From Octopus sinensis (Eukaryota): DNA of 64,000 nt. The position numbers and the translations under genes were made by a program. The notes under the pieces were generated by a model. It made no database searches and was not told the DNA's origin. It worked only from the letters and a program-made list of their open reading frames with translations. Positions 1 to 12,129 of this stretch are shown here, piece after piece. Numbering within the stretch: position 1 is the stretch's first letter; each line of letters starts with the position of its first letter. The stretch spans positions 3,224,001 to 3,288,000 of the forward strand of contig NC_043014.1 in assembly GCF_006345805.1 (NCBI RefSeq), written 5' to 3'.

Positions 1-203
1 CATGGTTCCAGGTTCAGTCCCACTGCATAGCACTTTGGGTAAGTGTCTTCTACTATAGCCTCGGGCCGACCAAAGCCTTGTGAGTGGATTTGGTAGGCGG
101 AAACTGAAAGAAGCCCGTCGTATATATGTATATATGTACATATATATATGCAGGCGTGTGTTTGTGTGTCTGTGTTTGTCCCCTAGCATTGCTTGACAAC
201 CGA
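1..203 (+). mobile_element. tRNA-derived SINE family A, cut by window edge
   Basis: GGTTCAGTCCCACTGC B-box-like head and body CTCGGGCCGACCAAAGCCTTGTGAGTGGATTTGG, which recurs more than 10 times in the window. Confidence 0.85.
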
Positions 204-204
204 T

Positions 205-244
205 GACAATGATGAGGATGATGATGATGATGGTGACGACAACA

Positions 245-276
<32 letters not shown>

Positions 277-406
277 GGTGGTGGTGATGATGATGATGGT
301 GATGATGATGACAGTGATGATGAGGAGGACGATGAGGACGATGATGATGATGATGATGAAAATGACGGTGGTGATGATGATGATTGTGATGCTGGTGACG
401 ATTATC

Positions 407-444
<38 letters not shown>

Positions 445-545
445 CTTGATGATAATGGTGCTTGTGCTTGTGCAGGTGGTGGTGGTGGAGGCGATGATGA
501 TACTGATGACGATTTTAATGTAACCGATGACAACAGCAGTGGTGA
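205..545. repeat. (GAT)n/(GGT)n microsatellite
   Basis: Direct inspection. Confidence 0.95.
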
Positions 546-699
546 CGGTCAGTGAACTGCAGCCATGCTGGAACAAGGCCTTGGAGGGTCTGGTTGATCA
601 AATTGCCCCAGGGTTTATTTCATATCTAGCTCTCATTCTCTCAATCGCTTTTTGCTGATCTGCTAAGTTACACAAGCAGTGACAGAGAAATATGAGAGC

Positions 700-1045
700 A
701 TTTACGTGCCCTTACACACACACACACACACATGCCTCTGTGTGTGGGGTGTGGGTGTGTGGGTTTGGATCAGACTGTGTTTATGCATGTGGGTGTGTGT
801 CTTTGTGTCTGTGTGCGGGCATGTGTATGTATGTGTGTGTTTGTGTGTGTGTGTGTGTGCCTGTGTGTGTATGTGTTTGTGTGTGTTTGTGTGTGTTCGT
901 GTGTGTGTGTGTGTGAGTGCCTGTGTGTATGTATCTCTGTTTAAATGTGTTACCACAATGTTTGAATATGGTTATATATATATATATATGGTTTTATATG
1001 TATGTGTGTGTCTACACTTGCACACAAACACACACACACACACAC

Positions 1046-1080
<35 letters not shown>
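700..1080. repeat. (TG)n/(TA)n/(CA)n compound microsatellite
   Basis: Direct inspection. Confidence 0.95.
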
Positions 1081-1083
<3 letters not shown>

Positions 1084-1299
1084 AGGGGCTGCTGTGAAGT
1101 TCCAGGCTTCAGGTAAAAGAAAATACAGGAGGATCAATTAATTAAGGTTTCATTAAACATATTCCCCCTCTCAGATTCACACACTAATTATAGCGGTCCT
1201 TCAGGTTTTCTAAGCCCTGTAAAAGAACCCGGAAGGTTAGGTCTCCAACCAGGCCTTTCATGATACCCTTAAAGCCTTGAACTTTCCAGCAACCCCTCA
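1084..1299 (-). mobile_element. mariner-derived MITE
   Basis: TA-flanked ~28-bp imperfect TIRs (AGGGGCTGCTGTGAAGTTCCAGGCTT / TGAGGGGTTGCTGGAAAGTTCAAGGCTT). Minus strand retains a decayed mariner C-terminus (GLENLKDRYN*CVNLRGEYV, similar to GIEKLxxRWxKCxxxxGxYVE). Confidence 0.8.
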
Positions 1300-1302
1300 T
1301 AT

Positions 1303-1590
1303 GTATTGAGAACAATTTTTCTTAGTGGTCAGACCATATGGGGTCTACATTTAGCATATTAGGAGTCCACCTAGTGGTTATTCCTCTTATTTGTACCTCG
1401 TGTGTACCGTTGGCGATTTTTTTTCCTCTGTCTTCCCTTCTCTGGATCTTTCCTTTTCCTATGTTTCTGACGAAGAGTTCCGCTCGAAACGTTAAACCCT
1501 CCTTCTTCCCTTCTTTCCTGAGTGTCCAATAATACTTTATTTGTTCCACGTCCTCGTGTTGTGTTTTTTTGTGCTTTCTTGTTTGGATTA
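1303..1590 (+). mobile_element. Penelope-like element 3'/pseudo-LTR fragment
   Basis: Contains a hammerhead motif and ends in (TA)n. Second copy at 19362-19570; partial inverted and direct copies at 1832-2015. Confidence 0.7.
1463..1497 (+). ncRNA. Minimal type I hammerhead ribozyme motif
   Basis: GTTT-CTGACGA-A-GAG(TTCCG)CTC-GAAA-CGT-T-AAAC: stem I GTTT/AAAC, 3-bp stem II, palindromic ACGT stem III. Confidence 0.65.
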
Positions 1591-1771
1591 ACTTTATATA
1601 TATATATATATATGAAAGAATGGAGTTGAACGACGAATTAACAAAATTCCTTTATTTTCGAAATATGTTTTGAAGGCTGCATATTCCTAGTTGTGTCTTC
1701 TCTGATGTGAATTTGCTACCCAGGTATTGGTTAACCGAATTATCCATAACAAGATAATTCATTCAACTACT

Positions 1772-1820
<49 letters not shown>

Positions 1821-1831
1821 GTACATACAAA

Positions 1832-2015
1832 AAAGAGGAATGACCAGTAGGTGGACTCCTAATATGCTAAATGTAGACCCCATATGTATCTTGCTCACTT
1901 TACATTCTGGCTTTTGCTGAATTTTCTTGAGAACAATTTTTTCTTAGTGGTCAGACCATATGGGGTCTACATTTAGCATATTAAGAGTCCACCTAGTGGT
2001 CATTCCTCTTATTCG
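1832..2015. repeat. Inverted pair of PLE fragments
   Basis: GAGGAATGACCAGTAGGTGGACTCCTAATATGCTAAATGTAGACCCCATATG is reverse-complementary to CATATGGGGTCTACATTTAGCATATTAAGAGTCCACCTAGTGGTCATTCCTC. Confidence 0.85.
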
Positions 2016-2323
2016 TATGTAATATAATTTTCTGAATCTTCAGATTTTCTCCAATATGCTAGGCCACTGGTTTAAATTGACATTAATCTAATTAATATCA
2101 ATTTTTTACCCTTATTATTTAAATATATATATATATATATATTGAGCTCTTATGAATATATATGTAAACAGTATGTTTTTGTACACATGTGTGTTTGTTT
2201 AAATCTAGGTATATTTACTTAAGTATGTTTGCATGGGTGTGTTTGTGTATATGTGGGTGAACGTCTGAGTAGAGGAATGTATGCATATGCATATATAAGT
2301 ACATACATATATACACACACATG

Positions 2324-2354
<31 letters not shown>

Positions 2355-2359
2355 TTCTT

Positions 2360-2560
2360 TCATACCCACAAGGGGCTAAACATAGAGGAGACAAAGGAAG
2401 AACAGACAAAGGGATTAAGTCGATTACATCGACCCAGTACTTAATTTATCGACCCCGAGAGGATGAAAGGCAAAGTCGACCTCGGCGGAATTTGAACTCA
2501 GAACATAACGACAGACGAAATACCACGAAGCATTTGGCCCGGTGTGCTAACGTTTCTGCC
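2360..2560 (-). mobile_element. SINE family B (GGCGGCGAGCTGGCAGAAAC head)
   Basis: Reverse complement of the GTTCAAATTCCGCCGAGGTCGACTTTGCCTTTCATCC core. Confidence 0.85.
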
Positions 2561-3439
2561 AGCTCGCATGTGTGCTTGCTTAGATATCAACATGTATGCT
2601 TATATTTTATATATATATATACACACAAATATATATATGTATATCTATATGTGTGTTTGTGTGTGTATATATATATACATAAACATACACATGCACATAT
2701 ATATATATATATGGATGTGTATGTATGAGTGTATGTGTGTGTATGTGTATCTGTCTATATACACACTATGTGTGGTTCCATATGCATGCATGTATGATTA
2801 TGTGTGTGTGTGTGTACCTGTATGAGTGTGTATGCGTGTGTGTGCATGCATGCATATGTATATGTACAGATGTATGTATATGGTATGTGTATGCATCTGT
2901 GTGTGTGTGTGTGTTGTGTACATGTATGAGTGTGTACATGTATGAGTGTGTATGCGTGTGTGTGTATGCATGCATATGTATATGTACAGATGTTTGTATA
3001 TGGTATGTGTGTGTGTACCTGTATGAGTGTGTATGCATGTGTGTGTGTGTACGTGTGTGTACATGTGTGTACGTGTGTGTGTGTGTGTGTTTTGTCCATC
3101 CAGCAAAGAGCGGTGTAGCTTGTGTTGTATGAAAACGGCTGCGATCGACGACCAGGTTCGGGAGGAAGAAGAAGAAGAAGAAGAAGAGGAGGAGGAAGAG
3201 GAAGGAAAAAAAAAAACAAGAATCAGATAAAACGAGGGGAAAACGATCGTTAACAATAACAACAACAACATCAGTAACAACAACAACAATAAGGAATAGG
3301 AAGAAGAAGAAGAAGAAGAAGGAGGCAGTAAATGATGAAGAGATGAGACCATCTGGCAGAGGTAGGAACCAAAGGAAAATATCCTTTTGTAGTGTTTACT
3401 TATAAACCCTTTTGTTTTTTGTGAAGTCTCGTCACAGGT

Positions 3440-3580
3440 AAATTGTTGTTGTTGCTGCTGTTGTTGTTGTTGTCGCTGGTGTTTATGCTGCTGTTGTTGC
3501 TGTTGTTGTTGTTGTTGTCAGCGTCATCGTCATTGGCATCGTTATCGTTCACGCCGCCGTCCTCATCGTTGTCGTAAGGC

Positions 3581-3612
<32 letters not shown>

Positions 3613-3790
3613 CATCATCAACATCATCATATCCGTTGTCATCGCCATCATCATCATCATCATAGTCATCACACCCGTTGTCGTTGTCATCATCATCATC
3701 ATCGCCACTGCCGCCACCATCATCGCCAACGTCACCACGACCCTCATCATCACCCGTCCTCGTCAGCATCATCGTTGTCATCACCATCAC

Positions 3791-3829
<39 letters not shown>

Positions 3830-3860
3830 ATACATCATCATCATTACCACTATCACTGTC

Positions 3861-3891
<31 letters not shown>

Positions 3892-4290
3892 CCATCATCA
3901 TCATCATAATCATCGTCGTCGTCATCATCATCATCATCATCATCCTCTTCACCTTTAACACTACAACCAGCCCTGTATCCTTCCACATTACGATTATTAC
4001 CATCTTCCATCATTACTAAGCCACCATTTTTATCATCATCATCATCATCATCATCATAAGCATCCTTCTCCTTGTACCTCTGCTCCTCCTCCTCTTCCTT
4101 TTCTTCTTCCTTCTCCTCCCTCTCTCCCATAGTTCTCCTCCTCTTCCTCCTCTTCCTCTTCCTCCTCCTCATTGCCATCAACCCCTGCCAATTACTTCAG
4201 CTTCCTTCTTCCAACTCTTTCCTTCACACTTCTCTTATTCCCATCAATCCCAGTTAATATCATTGTTGTCCACCACCTCCTCCTCATCAC

Positions 4291-4333
<43 letters not shown>

Positions 4334-4387
4334 GTCATCATCACTGTCATCATCATCACCACCACCACCGCCACTATGATGATGATG

Positions 4388-4419
<32 letters not shown>

Positions 4420-4508
4420 CATCATCCCATTCTTCTTTCACCTTCTCTCTCATTCTCATCACAGTTGCAATAATCCCCATCACCACCACCATCATCATCA
4501 TCATCCTC

Positions 4509-4540
<32 letters not shown>

Positions 4541-4650
4541 CACCATCATCACCACCACATTCATCATCATCATCATCACTATTATCACGGCCATCACCTC
4601 TGCTACCACCACCACACCACCACCACCACCACCATTGTCATTACTGCTGC
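3440..4650. repeat. (CAT)n/(TTG)n/(CCT)n trinucleotide tract
   Basis: Direct inspection. Confidence 0.95.
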
Positions 4651-5104
4651 TACTGTTTGTCTCCATCACTGAAAATGCTGTTTTCTCTCATCGTCAGCAA
4701 ATATGGCAATCTGCTGCTGCTGCTGCCACTAATGCTACTGTTGTTGCAACTGCTGCTGCTGCTGCTACATGTTTATCAGTGGCATCACGTGCTTCTCTGG
4801 CTTACAGCAGCAGCAGCAGCACTATCGTTAGTAGTAGTAGCGACAGCAGCAATAGTAGCGTCTGCAAGTAACTGCAGTGGCATCAGCGTTAGCGCCACCT
4901 GCAACAATGTGTGCAGCAGGGCAGCAAATATTGCAACAGCGTGTACAACGACATCGACATACCTGCAACCACTGCTAACAACAACAACGACGACGATGAC
5001 GACGACTGCTGCTGCACATAAAAATTGTGTAAAGTGCAGAAAATATTGCGACAGTAACTATAGCACCATGATCCTCTTAGAACAACAACATCCGCAGCAG
5101 TGGA

Positions 5105-5860
5105 AATGCAATGGCCCAATGGTTAGGGCAGCGGACTCGCGGTCGGAGGATTGTGGTTTCGATTCCCAGACTGGGCGTTGTGAGTGTTTATTGAGCGAAA
5201 ACACCTAAAGCTCCACGAGGCTCCGGCAGCGGGTGGTGGCGACCCCTGTTGTACTCTTTTGCTCCAACTTTCTCTCACTCTTTCTTGTCCCCGACTTCCT
5301 ACGCAGCCGCTGAGCCTGGATGCATATTCAGCCATCCGTCGATGCTCTCGGTGTCGGGGGTTGACCTGCTTTCTCTCTTGCAGGTCTTATGAATAGCAAA
5401 GGACCACGTTTCAGACTTCTCCCATCTTGCGAGCTCTGGGACAGAAGACCGTTCACTCAACAGCAACAGCAATAGCAGGAGGCACAATGGCCCAGTGGTT
5501 AGGGCAGCAGACACGCAGTCAGAGGATCGCGGTTTCGATTCCCAGACCAGGCGTTGTGTGTGTTTATTGAGTGAAAACACCTAAAGCTCCACGAGGCTCT
5601 GGCAGGGGGTTGTACAACCCCTGTCATACTCTTTCGCTCCAACTTTCTCTCACTCTTTCTTCCTGTTTCTTGTCCTCCCCGACTTCCTACGCAACCGCTG
5701 AGCCTGGATGCGCATTCATCCATCCGTTGATGCTCTCGGTGTCGGGGGTTGACCTGCTTTCTCTCTTCTACGGGTCTTACGAATAGAAAGGACCACGTTT
5801 CGGACTTCTCCCATCTTGCGAGCTCTGGGACGAAGACCGTTCACTCAACAGCAACAGCTG
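5105..5860 (+). mobile_element. Head-to-tail dimer of tRNA-derived SINE family D
   Basis: Two ~375-bp units, each starting (A)ATGGCCCA(A/G)TGGTTAGGGCAGC and ending GACCGTTCACTCAACAGCAACAGC. Confidence 0.85.
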
Positions 5861-6335
5861 CAAGATTAGCTGCAACAGTTAGTAACTACTGCAAGGAGGG
5901 TGATGTCTTTGTACCTGCATCTCAAGGGCCAGCAGATATCGTTAATAACCATAAGTGAAGGGCCAAGTTGTTCACCCTACTGAATCATCTAGGATCCAAG
6001 CCTGGGTTGTATGATACAGAGGGCTGGTTGTTGCCCTGCCCAATATGACCCTTCCATCTCCATGTCAGAGTGGGATCCAAAGGTAGATTTTTCTGTAGCC
6101 GGGTGCCTTTCCTGTCATCAACCCTCACCTGTTTCCAAGCAAGCCAATGTTGTTTCCCATGGCCAGACATGTTTTCACGGAAGGCTGAAAACAAACAACA
6201 TTGCTTCAGTGACACTAACACACACATGCACATATACAAACATAAATACATAGATATATACGTGTGTATGTGTTTACATACATACATACATACACACACA
6301 TATATATATATATACAGAGAGAGAGAGAGAGAGAG

Positions 6336-6605
6336 AAATGTACTTGCATAGCGAGTGACTTGATCTGAGATCGTGTGCTGGAACGAAAACAATTGTAGTG
6401 TGGAAGGTGTCTATAAGCCATTTAAGAAACACATAAAACCGTTAGATTCACTTCAACATTTAAATTTAATTTGTCAAAATATTTTCGTTGCTTTGAGACT
6501 GCAATCTGTTCACTGACAAAACTTCTTGATGCATCACGAAGTTTTGTCAGTGAACAGATTGCAGTCTCAAAGCAACGAAAATATTTTGACAAATTAAATT
6601 TAAAT
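6336..6605. mobile_element. PLE-like fold-back element ending in a 148-bp palindrome (6458-6605)
   Basis: 74-bp arms with one mismatch, centre TGATG|CATCA, flanked by (GA)n and (TA)n. Family relative at 13518-13727. Confidence 0.7.
6543..6593 (+). ncRNA. Type I hammerhead-like fold with G3-C8 core
   Basis: 7-bp stem I TTTGTCA/TGACAAA, core GTGAACA, stem II G(A)TTGC/GCAAC, GAAA, palindromic AATATT stem III, cleavage triplet TTT. Confidence 0.5.
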
Positions 6606-6625
6606 ATATATATATATATATATAT

Positions 6626-6861
6626 GTGAGTTATTTTTGAGTAAACATTATCTGGGAGAATTTTTCTTAAAGTAGTGGAAATAGCTAAAAAAACTTTTTG
6701 GCTGCTATTTCTAAAAAGTTCAGTATGTGGCAAAGTAATTTATTTTACTAAGCCCTAATTATATAATGTAATATTTTGAATATGCCTTAAATGGTCCTTT
6801 TACATACTGAACACTACTTGGTGAAATTGATTAATAACTAATTAGTTTTACCCTCAATTAT

Positions 6862-6896
<35 letters not shown>

Positions 6897-7129
6897 AGTT
6901 ATTTTTGAGTAAACATTATCTGGGAGAATTTTTCTTAAAGTAGTGGAAATAGCTAAAAAAACTTTTTGGCTGCTATTTCTAAAAAGTTCAGTATGTGGCA
7001 AAGTAATTTATTTTACTAAGCCCTAATTATATAATGTAATATTTTGAATATGCCTTAAATGGTCCTTTTACATACTGAACACTACTTGGTGAAATTGATT
7101 AATAACTAATTAGTTTTACCCTCAATTAT

Positions 7130-7131
<2 letters not shown>
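6626..7131. repeat. Two near-identical ~240-bp elements in tandem, separated by (TA)n (period 268 bp)
   Basis: GTGAGTTATTTTTGAGTAAAC...CCCTCAATTATTG occurs twice; same family as the fold-back at 19962-20340. Confidence 0.9.
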
Positions 7132-7162
<31 letters not shown>

Positions 7163-7164
<2 letters not shown>

Positions 7165-7575
7165 CTTTTATCTTCTCCTTGTTTCAGTAATTAGACAATG
7201 GCCATGCTGGGGCACCGCCTTGAATTTTTAGTCAAAAGAATTGACCCCATTACTTATTTTTTAAAGCCTGGTACTTATTCTATCAATCTCTTTTGTCAAA
7301 CCACTAAGTTTTGGGATCACAAATACACGAATACCAGTTGTCAAGCACTGGTGGAAGGACAAATACTAACACAAAATACACACACCCACAGATACACACA
7401 TGCACACACACATATATATATATAATGGGCTTCTTTCAGTTTCCGTCTACCAAATTCCCTCACAAGGCTTTGGTCAGCCCAAGATAGCTATAGTAGAAAA
7501 CACTTGCAGAAGGTGCCACACAATGGGACTGAACCCGGAACCATGTGGTTGGGAAGCAATCTTCTTACCACATGG
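7163..7575 (-). mobile_element. SINE family A
   Basis: Reverse complement of the family A head and body. Confidence 0.8.
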
Positions 7576-8540
7576 CCGATGATATGAAAGGCAGGTTCTT
7601 GCCCCACACGCCAGGCCCACACTGATCCAAAGGAGCAACACAGCTGTCCTTCATATCAATTTGGCACTAGTATCTTTTGCAGGAGTTGCCAGAACAAGTT
7701 TTTAGACCAGCAGTTCATAACTGTGATCCTCAAGCATCCTTCTGGAAGCCATCCATGCCCTTCCCTCTATAAATATAATAAATTTTCCTCTACTCAACTT
7801 GTGTTTTACTTTTTTTGGTGCAGACCCCTAAAAAAACAAATCCAGGTTTTGGATCTGGCCTGGATATTAAAAAGTTTGAGACCCACTAATGTAGACAAGA
7901 TGAGACTGCCTCAAGGGCCCCAACAACTGGTTTTACCTGAGGGTTTACCCACAAAATCTTTCCCAGCTCAGCTAACCCATTACAATCTGTAGCATCGCAG
8001 GTCATCAATGACTAAACTGGTGACCCCATTAAACTTGTTTGGTGGAGAGGGTTATTATTGGACCCTGCCCAAATAAATTGCTAATTAACCCATAGTTGGG
8101 ACCCTGGCAGGTTTCCTCTACTCAGAGTCAGAGTAGACCTGGGAGCATTAATAACTAAGAGATGGTTCCACACTCCTCAAAACCTCAGAACACCCAAACT
8201 GGGAGCCCTACTATCGAATGACATAAAAAGTCATACCCAGAACATATCTATAACCACTGTAAATAACAGCAACATCAACAACAGCACCTGCTGTACCGCA
8301 CTAAGTATTGCAACAGTTGTAACCTCAAGATGCTTATGACCACTGTATGTTAAATATGGAGATATATAAATGATGTTTTTATCTCATCGAAACAGCTGTC
8401 AAGACCATTTGCATTATGAATCATGAGTAAAATTTATGCTTTATTGGTTCTTGGAATATGATGCTCTCAATTATCGTCTTAGTTGAGTCTGTACATACAA
8501 GTATGCAGAGTTTATTCCATCAATATTTACTGTTTTTTAG

Positions 8541-9320
8541 GGCAGTGAGCTGGCAGAATTGTTAGCACACTGGGTGAAATGCTTAACAGTATTTTGGCTG
8601 CCGTTATGTTCTGAGTTCAAAATTTCAGGCCTTGTGCCTAGAGTAGAAAAGAATATTTACTGCATTTTGGGGTGGCAAGCTGACAGAATCGATAGGACGC
8701 TGGGCGAAATGCTTAGAGGTATTTTGTCTGCCACTACGTTCTGAGTTCAAATTCCGCCGAGGTTGACTTTGCCTTTCATCCTTTTGGGATCGATTAAATA
8801 AGTACCAGTTATGCACTGGGGTTGATGTAATCGACTTAATCCGTTTGTCTGTCCTTGTTTGTCCACTCTGTGTTTAACCCCTTGTGGGTAGTAAAGAAAT
8901 AGGTATTTCGTCTGCCGCTACGCTTTGAGTTCAAATTCTGCTGTGGTTGACTTTGCCTTTCATCCATTCAGGGTCAATAAATTAAGTACCAGTTGCATAT
9001 TGAGGTCAATCTAATTGACTGCCCCCCCCCCTCCCCAAATATTTTGGGCCTTGTGCCCAGAGTAGAAAAGAATATTTACTGCATTTTGGGGTGGCAAGTT
9101 GGCAGAATCATTAGCACACCAGACAAAATGCTTAGCAGTATTTCAGCAGCCGTTACGTTGAGTTCAAATTCTGCCGAGGTCAACTTTGCCTTTCATTCTT
9201 TCAGGATCAATTATATAAGTACCAGTTACACACTAGGGTCGATGTAATCGATTTAATCCCTTTGTCTCTCCTTGTTTCCCCCCTCTATGTTTAGCTCCCC
9301 TGTGGGCAATAAGGAAATAA
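8541..9320 (+). mobile_element. Cluster of SINE family B units inserted in an older repeat
   Basis: Repeated GAGTTCAAATT...GACTTTGCCTTTCAT cores. Flanks 8360-8530 and 9320-9410 resemble the contiguous sequence at 18005-18245. Confidence 0.75.
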
Positions 9321-10235
9321 ATATTTACAGCATTTTAATAATGTATTAGGATTTAACGATGTGTCAATAATGGAGCTCTTAAATATTATTTTATGACATA
9401 CAAGTTTTACTGTGAGCAAATTTTGACTTTCCTTGCCAAGTACTTGCGCATGCGCACGAGGAACCCTCACTCAGGTAGTTTCAATTTTAAAATTCCATTT
9501 TCCACCTGGAAAATCTTGTGTGTCTACATTTTGTTTTGCCTTTTCCAAGTTGTAAAATGTGTGTGTGTGTACGTGTGTGTGTGTGTGCATGATAGCATGT
9601 GTGTGTGTATGTGTGCATTTGTTTGTGTGTGTGTGTGTACATACATGGATGCATATGTGTGTGTGGATGTGTCTATGTGTGGTGTACATGCATGCATGTG
9701 CGTGTATGTGTATGCGTGTGTATGTGTGTACATGCATGCATGCAAGTATGCGTGTATTTGTATGTATGTGTACATGCATGCATGTGTGTGTATGTGTGCA
9801 TAGATGCATGTATGTGTACATGCATGTTTGCGTATGTGTGCTTGTGTGTATGTGTATGTGTGCATGTGTGTATGTGTATGTACATGCACGCATGTGTATG
9901 TAAGTCTATGTGTGCATGTGTGTGTACATGGATGAATGCATGCATCTATGTTTGTGTGTGTCCGTGTGTCCGTGTCCCCTTGCCAGCAAACACTTAACTT
10001 GGAGGGAAAACTGGTCCTTGGAGGACTCAAAGTGGAGTTTCCCTTATTGCTAACATTGATGTCAGGCCTTGGTTTAAGAATGAATTCCTCTCTTGCTTCC
10101 TCCCTTTTGGGACCCTCACATAAATGAAGGGCCATAAAGAATGCCTTTTCTTTTTTGATGAACCAGTAAAAAAGAAAAAATGAAAGGAGAAAAGCTGATT
10201 CCAGTTGGAATGAAACTCATTGCTAAAAGGTTTAA

Positions 10236-10456
10236 CCCTTTAGTGTTCGTCTTATTCTGCCAAAATTAATCCCTTTTTATCCACATTGTTTTGAACAAAT
10301 CATGCATTATCTTGTAGCTTTGAGATTTTGATGAGGTAGCTGTTAATTTTTTAAACAATATTGTAGGGTTGGTGTGAGAGACCTGATCTGGCCAGTTTGA
10401 ACATCAAACAGGCAGAATACTTTTTGCCGGATATGGCCAGTTTAAATGCTAAAGGG
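10236..10456. mobile_element. piggyBac-type MITE (221 bp)
   Basis: TTAA|CCCTTTAG ... CTAAAGGG|TTAA. Confidence 0.8.
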
Positions 10457-11279
10457 TTAAATAATTGCCACAAGTAGTAGTAGTAGTTTCAAACAAAGGC
10501 ACATAGCCAGAAATTTGCTCAGGACCCAGAGCAATTGTCTTCTGTCTCTCCAGGTCACCATATACATGGTCTGAACAATAAGTATCCGGACTGTTGCCTT
10601 AGTAACAAAGTTAAAGCATGCAGAGTAAAGCCCCTTGGCGCAGATTGAGGTTCTAGAATCGTAAGGTCCTGGGTACCTGTCAAATATTTTCATGCTCTGG
10701 GGTAGCACCCTCAACCCAGTGAATCATCCAGGATGCGACGGTAGGAAAGGTGGCTTAAATCCTTAAATCCTTAAAAACGTTTTAGCCCGAAGGCCGCGGC
10801 CATGCTGGGGCACCACTGCTGAACTACAGCTTTTTTTTTATTGGCTCCTGAAAGGATGTAAAACAAAGTTGACTTCAGTGAGATTTGAACCCTGAGGTCA
10901 CTGACTGAAAGCAAATATCATAATGTATTTTGTCCAATGCTTTACCGATTCTTCCCATTGACTCCATTATAAAGGAGTGTAGTTAAAGCATTTTATCTTT
11001 TGCTTTACTGATTTTACAGCGGAACAGCTTAATGAAATTAATTATTAAAATGAATTAATTACTTAAACGAAGACAAAAGCAAACGGCAATCTCTGATGAT
11101 ATTAAAATGCCAGGCATGTAAATGGCCATTAAATCTGAGTGACGTAACATCAAGACGTAAATGGCACAATCCCCTTTCGTATCTTTGCATCTGATTCCTA
11201 TCAAGGATTAAACAGATAAGTGGAAAATTAAAGCTTTAATACTTTTGACCCTTCCCATTCTTTATATCCATGGTGGATA

Positions 11280-11660
11280 GGCGCAGGAGTGGCTGTGTGG
11301 TAAGTAGCTTGCCTACCAACCACATGGTTCCGGGTTCAGTCCCACTGCATGGCATCTTGGGCAAGTGTCTTCTGCTATAGCCCCGGGCCGACCAATGCCT
11401 TGTGAGTGGATTTGGTAGACGGAAACTGAAAGAAGCCTGTCGTATATATGTTTGTGTGTCTGTATTTGTCCCCCTAGCATTGCTTGACAACCGATGCTGG
11501 TGTGTTTACGTCACTTAGCGGTTTGGCAAAAAGAACCAATAGAATAAGTACTGGGCTTACAAGGAATAAGTCCCGGGGTCGATTTGCTCGACCAAAGGCG
11601 GTGCTCCAGCATGGCCGCAGTCAAATGACTGAAACAAGTAAAAGAGTAAAGAGTAAAGAG
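11280..11660 (+). mobile_element. Near full-length SINE family A
   Basis: GGCGCAGGAGTGGCTGTGTGGTAAG A-box-like head, GGTTCAGTCCC B-box-like motif, tail (AAAGAGT)n. Confidence 0.9.
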
Positions 11661-11890
11661 TGGGAGGCAAATCAGGAGAGTCGTTGGAGCATCAAGCAAA
11701 ATTCGTTGAAATTTTTTGTGTTTTCAGTTCAAATCCAGCTGCGACCAACTTCACTTTTATTCCTTCTGGGGGCAATAAAAAAAATGATAGTCTCAGATGG
11801 TGGACTGGTGGGATTGCTAGGGTGTAGGGACAAGATGCCTTGTGGTATTAGTTCCAGTTCTCAGTGTTGAGAATTTTGAGGGTTACTTGA

Positions 11891-12110
11891 CCCCTTAGCA
11901 TTCAGATTGTTTTGTTAAATGTGATACTTATTTATTGACATTGTTTCCAGTTGATTATACGTTATTTTGTAGCTTCAAAATTTCAGTGATGTGATTGTTT
12001 AGTTTTAAAACGACATTGTAGGGTGAGTTGGAGAGGTCAGAACTGGCCAATTTGAGGATAAAACAGGAAGAATATTTTGGCCTGATATGTCTGTTTTAAA
12101 TGCTAAAGGG
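11891..12110. mobile_element. piggyBac-type MITE, older copy
   Basis: TTGA|CCCCTTAGCA ... TGCTAAAGGG|TTAA; same length and internal similarity to 10236-10456. Confidence 0.7.
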
Positions 12111-12129
12111 TTAAACCATTCCCAGGTTT

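Noticed and set aside
10563-10595. mariner element
   Set aside because: A single TIR-like end (TACATGGTCTGAACAATAAGTATCCGGACTG) with no partner or transposase
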